From the NCBI GenBank assembly GCA_001825665.1, contig MHXZ01000042.1, forward strand, positions 35,599-99,598: DNA of 64,000 bases, in the 5' to 3' direction. The translations under genes were made by a program, and so were the position numbers. This DNA is from Planctomycetes bacterium GWF2_41_51. Lineage in GTDB: Bacteria; Planctomycetota; Phycisphaerae; Sedimentisphaerales; UBA12454. Numbering within the stretch: position 1 is the stretch's first letter; every line of letters begins with the position of its first letter. The notes under the pieces are model-generated. The model was not told the DNA's origin. It ran no database searches and saw only the letters and a list, made by a program, of their open reading frames with translations. Below, piece by piece: positions 30,325 through 39,931 of the stretch.

Positions 30325-30603
30325 ATGCCTACTATAAAAGATGTTATCGTAAGAAAACCAACTGAAGCGGAAATAAAGGAGTGCAAGACATGGCCTATCT
30401 GGACTTGTGATATAAGCACATTCGATTGGGACTATACCCAAACGGAAACATGTCTGATTCTTGAGGGTAAAGTAACTGTAAAAGACCGCCCCGGCAGTAG
30501 TTCTGTTTCTTTTGGCCCCGGTAATTTAGTCATTTTTCCCAATGGCCTGAAGTGCACATGGCAGGTTTCAGAAGCCGTCAGGAAGCATTACAAGTTTGAA
30601 TAA
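30325..30603 (+). CDS. Small cupin-domain protein (DUF861/Cupin_3-like)
   Basis: 92 aa; WPIWTCD.S.FDW.Y...E.C.ILEGKV.V pattern. Confidence 0.6.
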   Translation: MPTIKDVIVRKPTEAEIKECKTWPIWTCDISTFDWDYTQTETCLILEGKVTVKDRPGSSSVSFGPGNLVIFPNGLKCTWQVSEAVRKHYKFE

Positions 30604-30625
30604 CACTGCCGTTTTGCAGTTTTTA

Positions 30626-30708
30626 CAAAAAAAGTCGCTTAAAGGCAGAACTGGACGCGGTCACAGCACCGCCGCTCGTTTACGAGCGAATTCTGCCAGA
30701 AAGCGACT
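30626..30708 (-). terminator. Long branched hairpin followed by T7: probable terminator of the radical-SAM gene
   Basis: Outer stem AGTCGCTT/AAGCGACT plus GGCAGAA/TTCTGCC encloses two 5-bp hairpins (GCGGT..ACCGC and GCTCG-ttta-CGAGC). On the minus strand it is followed by TTTTTTT. Confidence 0.45.
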
Positions 30709-30804
30709 GCAAAAAGTATCCATAGTTAGAATCGGTCATTAATGCTGATTTCTCAATACTTAATTTCTTACAGTGACAACTGTATGTCATTCTGCGTAAA
30801 GATT

Positions 30805-32379
30805 TTAAGATTTGTCAGGTTTGCTGCTTTCATCTATAGATGTTAATGTCAGTTCTCTCGGAACATCTATGTTTTTCAATACTTGCCGGAAATGGAACCC
30901 GAATATCGAAAGGCGGACTGCCAGTGTTAATCTGCGTAAATTCGTTGCCGACCAGAGCATCAGCATCCAATAATGTATCTTGCCTTTATCTATTATTCCT
31001 AATCGCCATATTGATTTGAAAAATGCCATCAAATCATAATAACTGATTGAGAATTTAGTCTTATTATCGAAATTATAGTTCTTAAGGAAGGTCTTGATAC
31101 GTTTACAATGATATTTCTGTGAGTATATTGTGTTCAGGAGTTTTTTATATCCTCCGAAAAGTTCGTGAATGTTCATTTTAGGAATAAAATTAATCGTGCA
31201 ATCCATGTTATCACCTGTCGGAGGCGGTGTCGTTAACCTGTTTTCATTTTTAAGCCTTTGATAAAGTTTCGTTCCTCGTGGAGCGTTAAGCAGACCAACC
31301 ATCGCTGTTACAATTCCGCTTTCCTGAATCATATTTATTAATTTGTCAAAAACATTCGGCGTATCGTTGTCAAACCCGACAATAAAACCCCCGTGAACCT
31401 GCATACCGAATTGCTGTATTTTTTTTATGGCAGCTACGACATCTCGGCCGATATTTTGTGTTTTATGGCATTCAGCAAGACTCGAATCATTCGGAGATTC
31501 CAGGCCGATGAATACTCCATCAAAACCTGCTCTTGCCATTAACATCATTAATTCCTCATCATCCACAATGTCGATAGATGATTGTGTGTTGAAAGCGAAA
31601 GGACGATTTCTTTTCTCCATCCAGCCAATTATGGCAGGCAGAAGTTCGTGTTTTATTTTCTGACGTTTTCCGATAAAATTATCATCAACAAAAAAAACTT
31701 CTCCTCGCCATCCATGAATGTAAATGTCTTCGAGTTCATCAATAATTTGAGTCGTTGTTTTAGTGCGGACTTTTCGACCGAAAAGATTTGTTACATCACA
31801 GAAATCGCAATTGAACGGGCACCCTCTCGAATATTGAAGTCCCATTTGTCCGTATTTTTTCATATCGACAAGTTCCCACAAAGGAACGGGACTTTTTCGC
31901 ATATCGGCTTTGAGTTCTGTTTTATAAACAGGCTTTGCGCAATTATGTGCAAGGTCTTCAAGAAAAAGCGGCAACGTAATTTCCGCCTCATTAAGCACAA
32001 GGTAATCACTGCCTGGAATTAATTCTGAAAACGAAGTAAACAAAGATCCGCCCGCAACTACTTTGACTTTGAGCTTATTACATCTTTCTATTATTTTTTT
32101 TGCAGAATCCTTTTGAATCATCATTGCAGAAATAAAAACATAATCGGCCCATTTGATATCACGGTCATGCAAAGCTGCTATGTTCATATCAATCAGCTTT
32201 TTTTCAAAAGATTTTGGAAGCATTGCCGCGACAGTGAGCAGTCCCAGCGGGGGAAGAAGTGCCTTTTTCGACACAAATTTCAAGGCATTTTTCAAACTCC
32301 AGAAAGTATTTGGGACTTCAGGATTTATAAGCAGAATTTTCAAATGGTTTTCCTTATAACAATATACCAATTTAATCAA
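30805..32379 (-). CDS. B12-binding-domain radical SAM protein (with DUF4070-like C-terminus)
   Basis: N-terminal cobalamin-binding-like domain and a CPFNCDFC CxxxCxxC cluster; 524 aa. Confidence 0.85.
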   Translation of the reverse strand: MIKLVYCYKENHLKILLINPEVPNTFWSLKNALKFVSKKALLPPLGLLTVAAMLPKSFEKKLIDMNIAALHDRDIKWADYVFISAMMIQKDSAKKIIERCNKLKVKVVAGGSLFTSFSELIPGSDYLVLNEAEITLPLFLEDLAHNCAKPVYKTELKADMRKSPVPLWELVDMKKYGQMGLQYSRGCPFNCDFCDVTNLFGRKVRTKTTTQIIDELEDIYIHGWRGEVFFVDDNFIGKRQKIKHELLPAIIGWMEKRNRPFAFNTQSSIDIVDDEELMMLMARAGFDGVFIGLESPNDSSLAECHKTQNIGRDVVAAIKKIQQFGMQVHGGFIVGFDNDTPNVFDKLINMIQESGIVTAMVGLLNAPRGTKLYQRLKNENRLTTPPPTGDNMDCTINFIPKMNIHELFGGYKKLLNTIYSQKYHCKRIKTFLKNYNFDNKTKFSISYYDLMAFFKSIWRLGIIDKGKIHYWMLMLWSATNLRRLTLAVRLSIFGFHFRQVLKNIDVPRELTLTSIDESSKPDKS

Positions 32380-32513
32380 ATGTGTCCATATTTAAAATAG
32401 GGGGATATCTCTATATGAACATCGGGATTGCTTTATTATTGACATAGAGCTGAAAGTAGGTATTTTATTATGTAATCATTAGAAATTCACAATTCTTAAT
32501 TTCCAAAGAAACA

Positions 32514-33848
32514 ATGAGACGCAGAATAGCTGAAGAAACCGTTATATTTATAAGTGTCGCAAAATGGATTTTCATGGCAACTATTGTTGGTGTGATTGTC
32601 GGCGCTTCGACCACGATTTTTATTAAAATCCTGATATGGAGCAGTCAGTTGGCAAAAAATTTTGATTATTATTTTTTGCTGCTTCCTGTCGCATTGGTTG
32701 CAAGCGCGCTTCTCGTCAAATATTTAGCGCCGGAAGCGCAAGGTCATGGTACTGAAAAAGTAATCGAAGCGATACATAAACGTTCCGGCAAAATCAAATT
32801 ATCTGTTGTTCCTGTTAAGCTGATTGCAACTATAATAACTTTGGCGGCAGGGGGATCGGTGGGAAAAGAAGGACCTTGCGCGCAAATAGGCGCAGGGCTT
32901 ACTTCGATGTTTGCAGGTATTTTTAAATTTGACGATAAAGACAGGAAAAAACTTGTGATATGCGGAATTAGCGCAGGTTTTGCCGCTGTTTTTGGAACCC
33001 CGATCAGCGGTGCTATTTTCGGTGTCGAAGTGCTTTTCGCAGGCGCTATTTTATATGATGTTCTCCTGCCTTCATTCGTGGCCGGAATCACTGCTCATCA
33101 GGTTGCCCAGGCATTAGGCATAACTTATTTTTATCATCCTATACAGTTTGTACCAGTTTTCAGTGAAACTTTTTTTCTGAAAGTAATTGCATCCGGTATA
33201 TTTTTTGGGCTGTGTTCAGGTTTTCTTATTGAGATATTAAAATTTACCGAATTTTTATCTTCAAAAATTAAGGTTGGAACGGTTTTAAAGGGGTTTATCG
33301 GAGGAATTATCCTTATTTTACTTGCGCTGATTTTTTCAAAAGACTATCTCGGCCTTGGCCTAAATTCGATGGAAGCTGCGCTGCAGGGCGAAAAAATGCC
33401 CTGGTATGCGTTTATTATGAAATCAATTTTTACTGCCATAACACTCGCATTCGGAGGCAGCGGAGGAATTGTAACACCCATATTTTTCGTCGGCGCTGCT
33501 GCCGGCTCACTTTTTGGATTTGTTCTGGGACTGGATATCGCAACTTTTTCGGCAATAGGACTTGTTAGTTTGCTGGCAGGTGCTGCGAATACGCCAATAA
33601 GCGCAAGTATTATGGCAGTCGAATTGTTCGGGCCGAAACTTGCGCCTTATGCCGCAATTGCGTGTGTAATAAGCTTTCTAATGACTGGTCACCGCAGCGT
33701 TTATCCCAGCCAGGTGCTGGCGACAAGCAAATCATCCTCTATTGAAGTCGAAATCGGCAAAGAATTCGAGGAAATCACAGCGAAATATAAACCGCGGAAG
33801 AGCAGCTTAATAAGCTTAATAAAAAGGATAATAAAAAGATCAAACTAA
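32514..33848 (+). CDS. ClC-family voltage-gated chloride channel/antiporter
   Basis: GGSVGKEGP, GTPISGAIFGVE and a GGIVTP-type selectivity-filter motif; about 10 TM. Confidence 0.88.
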   Translation: MRRRIAEETVIFISVAKWIFMATIVGVIVGASTTIFIKILIWSSQLAKNFDYYFLLLPVALVASALLVKYLAPEAQGHGTEKVIEAIHKRSGKIKLSVVPVKLIATIITLAAGGSVGKEGPCAQIGAGLTSMFAGIFKFDDKDRKKLVICGISAGFAAVFGTPISGAIFGVEVLFAGAILYDVLLPSFVAGITAHQVAQALGITYFYHPIQFVPVFSETFFLKVIASGIFFGLCSGFLIEILKFTEFLSSKIKVGTVLKGFIGGIILILLALIFSKDYLGLGLNSMEAALQGEKMPWYAFIMKSIFTAITLAFGGSGGIVTPIFFVGAAAGSLFGFVLGLDIATFSAIGLVSLLAGAANTPISASIMAVELFGPKLAPYAAIACVISFLMTGHRSVYPSQVLATSKSSSIEVEIGKEFEEITAKYKPRKSSLISLIKRIIKRSN

Positions 33849-33865
33849 TTTGTTTTTATGCTTAT

Positions 33866-33900
33866 AAAAAAGTGCGCCTCCACCCATGGCGCACTTTCTG
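33866..33900. terminator. Bidirectional terminator
   Basis: AGTGCGCC-9 nt-GGCGCACT flanked by an A-run and T-rich sequence. Confidence 0.7.
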
Positions 33901-33919
33901 TTTCATAACTTTTAAAAAT

Positions 33920-34702
33920 TTATGGAGCTACAACGTTTACCTTAAATTCCGTTGTAGTTGCTTCGCCGACAGTCGGGGTTCCTGTTACAGAAACGATATA
34001 CTCACCGATACTGGTGTTTTCGGGAGCTGTAATCATGAGTTGAACATCAGATTTGTCACTGACCTTGACAAGGACTTTAGCCGGTTCAAAAGTAATTCCT
34101 TTGCCCTTGGCTAATTTAATTTCCAGTGTAACGTCCTGCTTGAAAGACTCGCCTCTATCTAAAGAGATGATAACACTTTGGGTTTCACCCTGTTTTATCT
34201 TCGTTCCGAAGGTTGGAACAGCAATCTTGAATCCTTCGCCTTTGAGCGTGCTGCCGCCTTTATCACTGTTTGATTGCACGGTATAGCCGGCATCCGGAAC
34301 AACGACTTTTACATTGAATTCCACTGAAGTTGGTTCGCCGATTTCCGGTGTTCCTATGACAGTAACCTTGTACTCACCGAAGGCAGCGTTTTTGGGCACT
34401 GTAATTGTAAATTGAACTTCGGGGCCTTCACTTGCTTTGATGGTTTTTTTAGCCGGATCTATGCTAATACCCTCGGCTGCTTCAAATTGAAGCGTCACAT
34501 CCTGCTTGAAAGATTCACCTCTTTGCAATTTGATGTTAATGGTTTGTGCTTCACCCTGTTTGACTTTCACATCAAATGTTGGGACATCGATCTTGAATCC
34601 TTCTCCTTTGGCTACATTGCCGCCTTTAGGACTGTCTGTGCCGTTTGAGATGGCCGCCAGAACCAGTGTTAATACGAACATACTTGTAATTACTTTTTTC
34701 AT
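33920..34702 (-). CDS. Secreted protein made of two tandem ~115-aa beta-rich (Ig-like?) repeats
   Basis: Signal peptide. KGEGFKI.VPTF..K.KQGE.Q...I.L.RGESFKQDVTL occurs twice. Confidence 0.7.
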   Translation of the reverse strand: MKKVITSMFVLTLVLAAISNGTDSPKGGNVAKGEGFKIDVPTFDVKVKQGEAQTINIKLQRGESFKQDVTLQFEAAEGISIDPAKKTIKASEGPEVQFTITVPKNAAFGEYKVTVIGTPEIGEPTSVEFNVKVVVPDAGYTVQSNSDKGGSTLKGEGFKIAVPTFGTKIKQGETQSVIISLDRGESFKQDVTLEIKLAKGKGITFEPAKVLVKVSDKSDVQLMITAPENTSIGEYIVSVTGTPTVGEATTTEFKVNVVAP

Positions 34703-34793
34703 TTGCTAATCCTTTCTTAAATAATATAAAAATGGAGTCATACAATTAATCCATTTCATGTAAACATCTTTCACAACCTAAGCTTTAAATTTT

Positions 34794-35000
34794 TCATTTT
34801 ACTTGACCACGCCATAATAGCCCCGCCAACCCGATAATGATGGCAACAATTCCGCCGATCAGCATCCATATTGCCTTATCGGTAGGTGAGCCGGTAAAAA
34901 AACGAGAAATATCAGAACTTAATGACTTTGACGCAGAAACGCCATAAATTACGAGAATGATACCGCCGACAAGTATTGCGAGTAAAACTGCTTTATTCAT
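34794..35000 (-). CDS. DUF3185-family small membrane protein
   Basis: Two TM segments flank RFFTGSPTDKAIWMLIGG. The start is at ATG 35000, which follows AAAGGAG. Confidence 0.65.
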   Translation of the reverse strand: MNKAVLLAILVGGIILVIYGVSASKSLSSDISRFFTGSPTDKAIWMLIGGIVAIIIGLAGLLWRGQVK

Positions 35001-35035
35001 AATAAGTCTCCTTTTATTTTTGGGTTTCAAAATAA

Positions 35036-35185
35036 TCAAATAGGTTTTCGTCCGCTGATAACTCTAAGCAGGACAACTACAAGGGCGATTACTAAAAGAA
35101 CATGAATAAAACCGCCCATTGTATAGGAAGAAACCAATCCCAAAAGCCATAATACAACCAAAATAACAGCTAAAGTGTAAAGCAT
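35036..35185 (-). CDS. lmo0937-family small membrane protein (49 aa, unannotated in track)
   Basis: My hand translation MLYTLAVILVVLWLLGLVSSYTMGGFIHVLLVIALVVVLLRVISGRKPI matches the family pattern as I remember it. Confidence 0.7.
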   Translation of the reverse strand: MLYTLAVILVVLWLLGLVSSYTMGGFIHVLLVIALVVVLLRVISGRKPI

Positions 35186-35251
35186 AACAATTTCCCTTTC
35201 TTTTCCGATTTAGTGTTTCCCAAAAGCGAACCCGTTAATCGCAACTCTTAT

Positions 35252-35938
35252 TTATTTCCCAATGCGTTTTTGTCTTACTTCTTCCAGATACTTTGCAGCC
35301 GCGTCTTTACCACCTAATCCAAACGCAAGAGCTAAAGCAAGAACAATACCGCCAAGGATAATATTGAAAGTAGCGGTTACCAGAAGCGGTGCGATACCAA
35401 GCTGTTCAAGTGCAATAGTTACTGCGAAAATAATTATTGCCCATCGGCTTATCGCGGCAAGTATCTCCGGTTTAGGAAGATTGGCATTGCCTGCGGCCGT
35501 GCGAACTATTCCCGAAATAAAATTAGCCAGAAACATAGCAACTATCAGAACAAGCAAAGCCGCAATGACTTTCGGTATGTAAGCAAATAAACTTGCCAGA
35601 ACATCAGAAGCTTTTGGCAAACCCAGCGCATCAACTGTCATCACTAAAACCATAATGATAATCAGCCAATAAACTATGCCGCTCACCAACCGCCTGGCTG
35701 AAACATCCATATTCCCCTTGCGGAGAATTTCCGATGTGCCCGCCTTATCTGCAAGCATGTCGAAGCGTACTGCCTTAAGAAGCCAGTCAACTAATCGTCT
35801 GATTGTCTTGGCAACAATCCAGCCTACTATCAGGATGATCAATGCTCCCAGCAGGACAGGGAGATAAGCCATTATCCTTGTTAACATTTGGCGGACCGGC
35901 TCAATAATAAGAGCGTTCCATTCGATTACAGCTAACAT
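35252..35938 (-). CDS. Conserved-TM-helix repeat membrane protein (MscS-N-terminal-like), paralog 1
   Basis: 228 aa, multi-TM, and collinear with 38868-39557 along its full length. Confidence 0.6.
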   Translation of the reverse strand: MLAVIEWNALIIEPVRQMLTRIMAYLPVLLGALIILIVGWIVAKTIRRLVDWLLKAVRFDMLADKAGTSEILRKGNMDVSARRLVSGIVYWLIIIMVLVMTVDALGLPKASDVLASLFAYIPKVIAALLVLIVAMFLANFISGIVRTAAGNANLPKPEILAAISRWAIIIFAVTIALEQLGIAPLLVTATFNIILGGIVLALALAFGLGGKDAAAKYLEEVRQKRIGK

Positions 35939-36224
35939 TTTATATCTCCTAAAAAATCATTAATATTCAACTTTAAAATTTCGATGCAGTTCAGAATTAC
36001 TCAATATTATTTTGCTAAACTCAGCTGAAGATAAAGATCTATTCAACATGATACTTTGCCGTTGATTTAATTTATCTAATTAGAGTAACAACAAAGATTT
36101 ATTTGTAAATCAGTGTAGAGCCTATTTCTATTGTAAGTCAAACTGACTACGAGGCTGTGGATAAAATCCCTTACATCTATTTGCAGGATTTAACTTTGTT
36201 GGTCCAGAGACATTTTTATTCAAT
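35252..36224 (-). repeat. Copy 1 of a diverged segmental duplication (gene plus about 290 nt upstream non-coding)
   Basis: Aligns with 38868-39931. The blocks TGTAAATCAG(T/G)GT(A/G)GAGCCT, G(A/G)TAAAATCCCTTACATC and GATTTAA(C/G)(-/C)TTTGT are shared. Confidence 0.8.
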
Positions 36225-36832
36225 CTGCGGACGAGGCTCAAAACGCCCAGACCAAGCAAGCAAATTGTTGCCGGTTCCGGAATAGCTGACGAGGTAAACG
36301 CAGCCGTAGCGGTAAACCCGTCATTCCAGTCTTGGCTGCCTTCTAGATGTGCCAGATTGGCAAAACCAAAAGAGAACTCTCTCTCTGAAAGTGTGCCGGT
36401 GATTTCTGAACCCGTAATTGTTACGTTACCCGCAACAAATATTTCATCAACTCCAAAGTTGAAGCGTGATACATAACCACTTTCAAAATTGATGGTTAAT
36501 AACTGATTTGTTGAATCGCCATTTGCGTAGAAATTAATCTCACCTCCGCCGGTATTGCCGAATGAGTCAATTATTTCCACTTCGGTCATTTCAAACCATG
36601 CGTCTATAAAGCTATTGCCGCTATATGGGATATCCAGGAGCAAACCGGTTTCAGTATCAGACCATCCGCCATTGAGTGTCGTTCCTATAAAATCGACTTC
36701 AAACAGAGGATTGGTGCTGATTCTGGATGGGTCAGCGAACGTTGCTACTGTAAAAGTAGCTTTGGCATCTATGGAAACTATTCCTATGATGACAAGCATC
36801 AATATAAAAATACTTACAAATTTTGTTTTCAT
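36128..36832 (-). CDS. PEP-CTERM-anchored secreted protein, with an unusual 28-aa extension after the sorting signal
   Basis: Signal peptide and IPEPATICLLGLGVLSLVRR. It is a paralog of 36977-37609. The start is at ATG 36832, which follows a GGAG. Confidence 0.8.
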   Translation of the reverse strand: MKTKFVSIFILMLVIIGIVSIDAKATFTVATFADPSRISTNPLFEVDFIGTTLNGGWSDTETGLLLDIPYSGNSFIDAWFEMTEVEIIDSFGNTGGGEINFYANGDSTNQLLTINFESGYVSRFNFGVDEIFVAGNVTITGSEITGTLSEREFSFGFANLAHLEGSQDWNDGFTATAAFTSSAIPEPATICLLGLGVLSLVRRLNKNVSGPTKLNPANRCKGFYPQPRSQFDLQ

Positions 36833-36892
36833 GTTCTTCTCCATTGTTAAATTCTAATTTTTAATATTCATTTCATTAATCAAGCCAGTCGA

Positions 36893-36933
36893 AAAATCAG
36901 AGGGTTAAGTTATTGCATAACGCTTAACCCTCT
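36893..36933 (-). terminator. Terminator of the 36977-37609 gene
   Basis: Perfect 11-bp stem AGAGGGTTAAG/CTTAACCCTCT, followed on the minus strand by GATTTTT. Confidence 0.65.
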
Positions 36934-36976
36934 TTGGTTTCTAATCGACATCCTTCTTATAACTTATTTTTTCTAC

Positions 36977-37609
36977 TTACTTCTTTTTGCGGATTAAGCT
37001 CAACGCGCCAAAACCAAGTAGTGCAACAGTTGCCGGTTCGGGAACTATAAGTTCTTCGACAACTGCTGACGAAGTGAATGCCGCTGTAGCGGTAAACCCA
37101 CCTGCCGAACCGGCATCGCCTAACAACTTTTTCTTATTGGCAAAGCTGAAAGCAAATTGCTCGTCTGAAAGTACATTGACGATTTCGGAACCAGTAATTG
37201 TTACATTGTCTGCAACAAACAATTCATCCGCTCCAAAACCAAACCGCGATACAGAACCACTGGCAAAGACAATAACTACTAATGGGTCTGTAAGTGTACC
37301 GTCCTCGAAAAATCTAATTGTTCCAGAACCAGCATTACCATATGAGTCTATCGATACTGGAGTCATATCAAACCACACATTTTGAAAAATGTTAGTATTA
37401 TATGGAATTTCCAGAGTTAAACCGGTTTTGGCATCATCCCACCCGGCGGTGAGAGAGTTGGCAAGAAAATCAATTGTGAACAGCGGATTGCTGCTGCTTA
37501 GAGATGGGTCAGCAAATGTTACCATTGTCATACTTGCTCTGGCGTTGGCGGATATGAATCCAACAGAAAAAAAGATTAATAAATTAATTATCAAAAGATA
37601 TTTTTTCAT
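36977..37609 (-). CDS. PEP-CTERM-anchored secreted protein
   Basis: VPEPATVALLGFGALSLIRKKK at the C-terminus; signal peptide; AGGAG RBS. Confidence 0.82.
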   Translation of the reverse strand: MKKYLLIINLLIFFSVGFISANARASMTMVTFADPSLSSSNPLFTIDFLANSLTAGWDDAKTGLTLEIPYNTNIFQNVWFDMTPVSIDSYGNAGSGTIRFFEDGTLTDPLVVIVFASGSVSRFGFGADELFVADNVTITGSEIVNVLSDEQFAFSFANKKKLLGDAGSAGGFTATAAFTSSAVVEELIVPEPATVALLGFGALSLIRKKK

Positions 37610-37680
37610 ATTCTTCTCCTAATTTCGAGGCCATCCTGCGGAGCATGTAATATGCTTGGCATTTTGACCTATATTTATAG

Positions 37681-38301
37681 TTATGCTAATTTCTTCCTGC
37701 GAATCAGACTCAAAACGCCAAGACCGAGCATACAAATTGTTGTCGGTTCAGGAATACAATTTTCACCTGCCCAAATATTGGTCACACTTGTCATTCCAGG
37801 CACATTAAACCATATGTTCGCGAAAGCCGGCTGTGGGTGAATCTCACCTTCCAAAACATAGGTCCATTCACCGTTTTCGGTTATGTTCCATGTCTGTTCT
37901 CCATAAAATATTCCGCCGTCTGTGTCGACGATATCCTCTACATTATTTATGGTACTGGTGGTTGTTCCAGTAATATAAACGTAGATTTGTTTATAGAGGT
38001 CTTGACGAAATAAATTACCCAGTTCGATTTTAATGGTTTGGTCAGAAAAACCTATGCTGGCCTCAAAGTCATCGTTCTCAAGGTAATTTGAAGCCCAGTG
38101 GTCAGAATCGGCTGGCGGCGAAATTATAGCTTCACCACCGGTGATGTTAGCTTCCCAGTACCCATAAGCGTAGAGTGTTCCCTCTGCATTCCACCAACTT
38201 GGGGCGTCCGGCGGAGATATGACCATAGGAACTGCTAATGATACGCCTGTTAAACTTAATATTATGCATAGTACAGTACAAATTGTTAATAATCTTCTCA
38301 T
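37681..38301 (-). CDS. PEP-CTERM-anchored secreted protein (different ectodomain)
   Basis: IPEPTTICMLGLGVLSLIRRKKLA at the C-terminus; signal peptide. Confidence 0.82.
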   Translation of the reverse strand: MRRLLTICTVLCIILSLTGVSLAVPMVISPPDAPSWWNAEGTLYAYGYWEANITGGEAIISPPADSDHWASNYLENDDFEASIGFSDQTIKIELGNLFRQDLYKQIYVYITGTTTSTINNVEDIVDTDGGIFYGEQTWNITENGEWTYVLEGEIHPQPAFANIWFNVPGMTSVTNIWAGENCIPEPTTICMLGLGVLSLIRRKKLA

Positions 38302-38516
38302 TTTTAAATTCCTTTTTTTAATAATTTTCCTAAATAATTTTAATTAACTTCTTCACATTTACATACCCGCCTGCGGCGGATAACATTTACTTTCCGGCCT
38401 GACTGTCCGCCTAATAACTTCACACAATCTGTTCCGTGGGAACACCTTTGCTGAAGTATATTTTGATAACTCCTTTCATTTTTATAAAATATTGTTCACT
38501 CCACCGTAATTTTCTC

Positions 38517-38810
38517 CTAGTTAGCCGCTGTAGTGTATGCGGCAAGCAGGTCCGTCTGAGCCAAGGCCGTTGCGGGGTCGGCTGCAAGGTACAACATACC
38601 GATGACCTGTGCAGGTAACAATCCCGTCACCGATGGTGTTGGGCAACTGCCTACGTCACCGGTAATGAATGTTAAGGAGCCTGAGTTGGTTACTGCACTG
38701 CCGCCGAGAACTGCGAAATTTGCCGCCGTACCAAGATCTATTGGCGTGGCCTGTGATGTGCCGATTGCCAGCAGTCCTACTAATACACAAGTTATAATTA
38801 ACTTTTCCAT
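38517..38810 (-). pseudogene. N-terminal fragment of an ice-binding-like (DUF3494) secreted protein
   Basis: LGTAANFAVLGGSAVTNSGSLTFITGDVG is the DUF3494 N-terminal signature. The ORF stops after 97 aa, whereas family members are several-fold longer. No continuation appears in other frames. Confidence 0.5.
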
Positions 38811-38867
38811 ACTTCTTCCTTTCGAAAAATATAAAAATGGTGTTATAAAATAACACTCATAAAATTT

Positions 38868-39557
38868 TTATGGTTTCACAGAATGTTTTTTCTTTAACTC
38901 TTCCAGATACTTTGCAGCTGCATCTCTGCCGCCTAATCCAAATGCAAGAGCTAATGCAAGACAAACGCCGCCAAGGATAATATTAAAAGTCGCCGTTACC
39001 AGAAGCGGTGCGATACCGAGTTGTTCCATTGCAATAGTTATTGCAAAAATTATAATTGCCCAGCGGCTTACACCGGCAAGTATCCCAGGATTAGGCAATT
39101 TGGCAGTTCCGGCAGCCGTTCTAACTATTCCTGAAACAAAATTGGCCAGAAACATAGCGATTATCAGAACAAGTAAGGCGGCAATGACTTTCGGAACGTA
39201 AGCAAATAAACTTGTAAGTACATCGGATGCCTTGGGCAGACCCAATGCGTCAACCGTCATCACTAAAACCATAATAATAATCAGCCAATAAACTATGCTG
39301 CTTACAACTTCTCTGGCAGTAATATCCAAATTTCCTTTTTCGAGAATTTCTGATATGCCGGCCTTGTCTGCCAGCATGTCGAAGCGTACTGCCTTTAACA
39401 GCCAGTCAACAAATCGTTTGATTGCCTTGGCCACTATCCAGCCAACTATTAGAATTATTAATGCTCCAAATAGGACAGGAAGATAGGCCATTATCCTGGT
39501 CAACATTTGAAGGACGGGTTCAACAATAAAAGTATTCCATTCAATTACAGCTAACAT
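38868..39557 (-). CDS. Conserved-TM-helix repeat membrane protein, paralog 2
   Basis: 229 aa. By eye it is about 80% identical at DNA level to 35252-35938. Confidence 0.6.
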   Translation of the reverse strand: MLAVIEWNTFIVEPVLQMLTRIMAYLPVLFGALIILIVGWIVAKAIKRFVDWLLKAVRFDMLADKAGISEILEKGNLDITAREVVSSIVYWLIIIMVLVMTVDALGLPKASDVLTSLFAYVPKVIAALLVLIIAMFLANFVSGIVRTAAGTAKLPNPGILAGVSRWAIIIFAITIAMEQLGIAPLLVTATFNIILGGVCLALALAFGLGGRDAAAKYLEELKKKHSVKP

Positions 39558-39931
39558 TTTTATGTCTCCTAAAAAATTATTGTTCTTAATCTTTAAATTT
39601 CGCTACAGCTTCGTTACGTATTTTTAGTAAATAAATTTACTTTTTGCCTTTGGGAACAGGTGACCTCTCGCCTTGCGGATTCAGAATTGCACAGTATTAA
39701 TTTACCAATCATCTATTCAAAACGCTACTTTGCCATTTATTTATACCGGCCTTAACTACTCTAATTCGATTATTCCAAATAGAGTAGCAGCATTTATTTC
39801 TTTGTAAATCAGGGTGGAGCCTCTTTCTAACGTACACCAAATGAATACCTCTCTGTCGGTAAAATCCCTTACATCAACTATTTTTACAAAGATTTAAGCT
39901 TTGTCGATACAGGTTGACATTTTCATACAAT
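38868..39931 (-). repeat. Copy 2 of the segmental duplication (has about 85 extra nt in the leader)
   Basis: See copy 1. It extends into the promoter of the divergent kinase gene. Confidence 0.8.
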
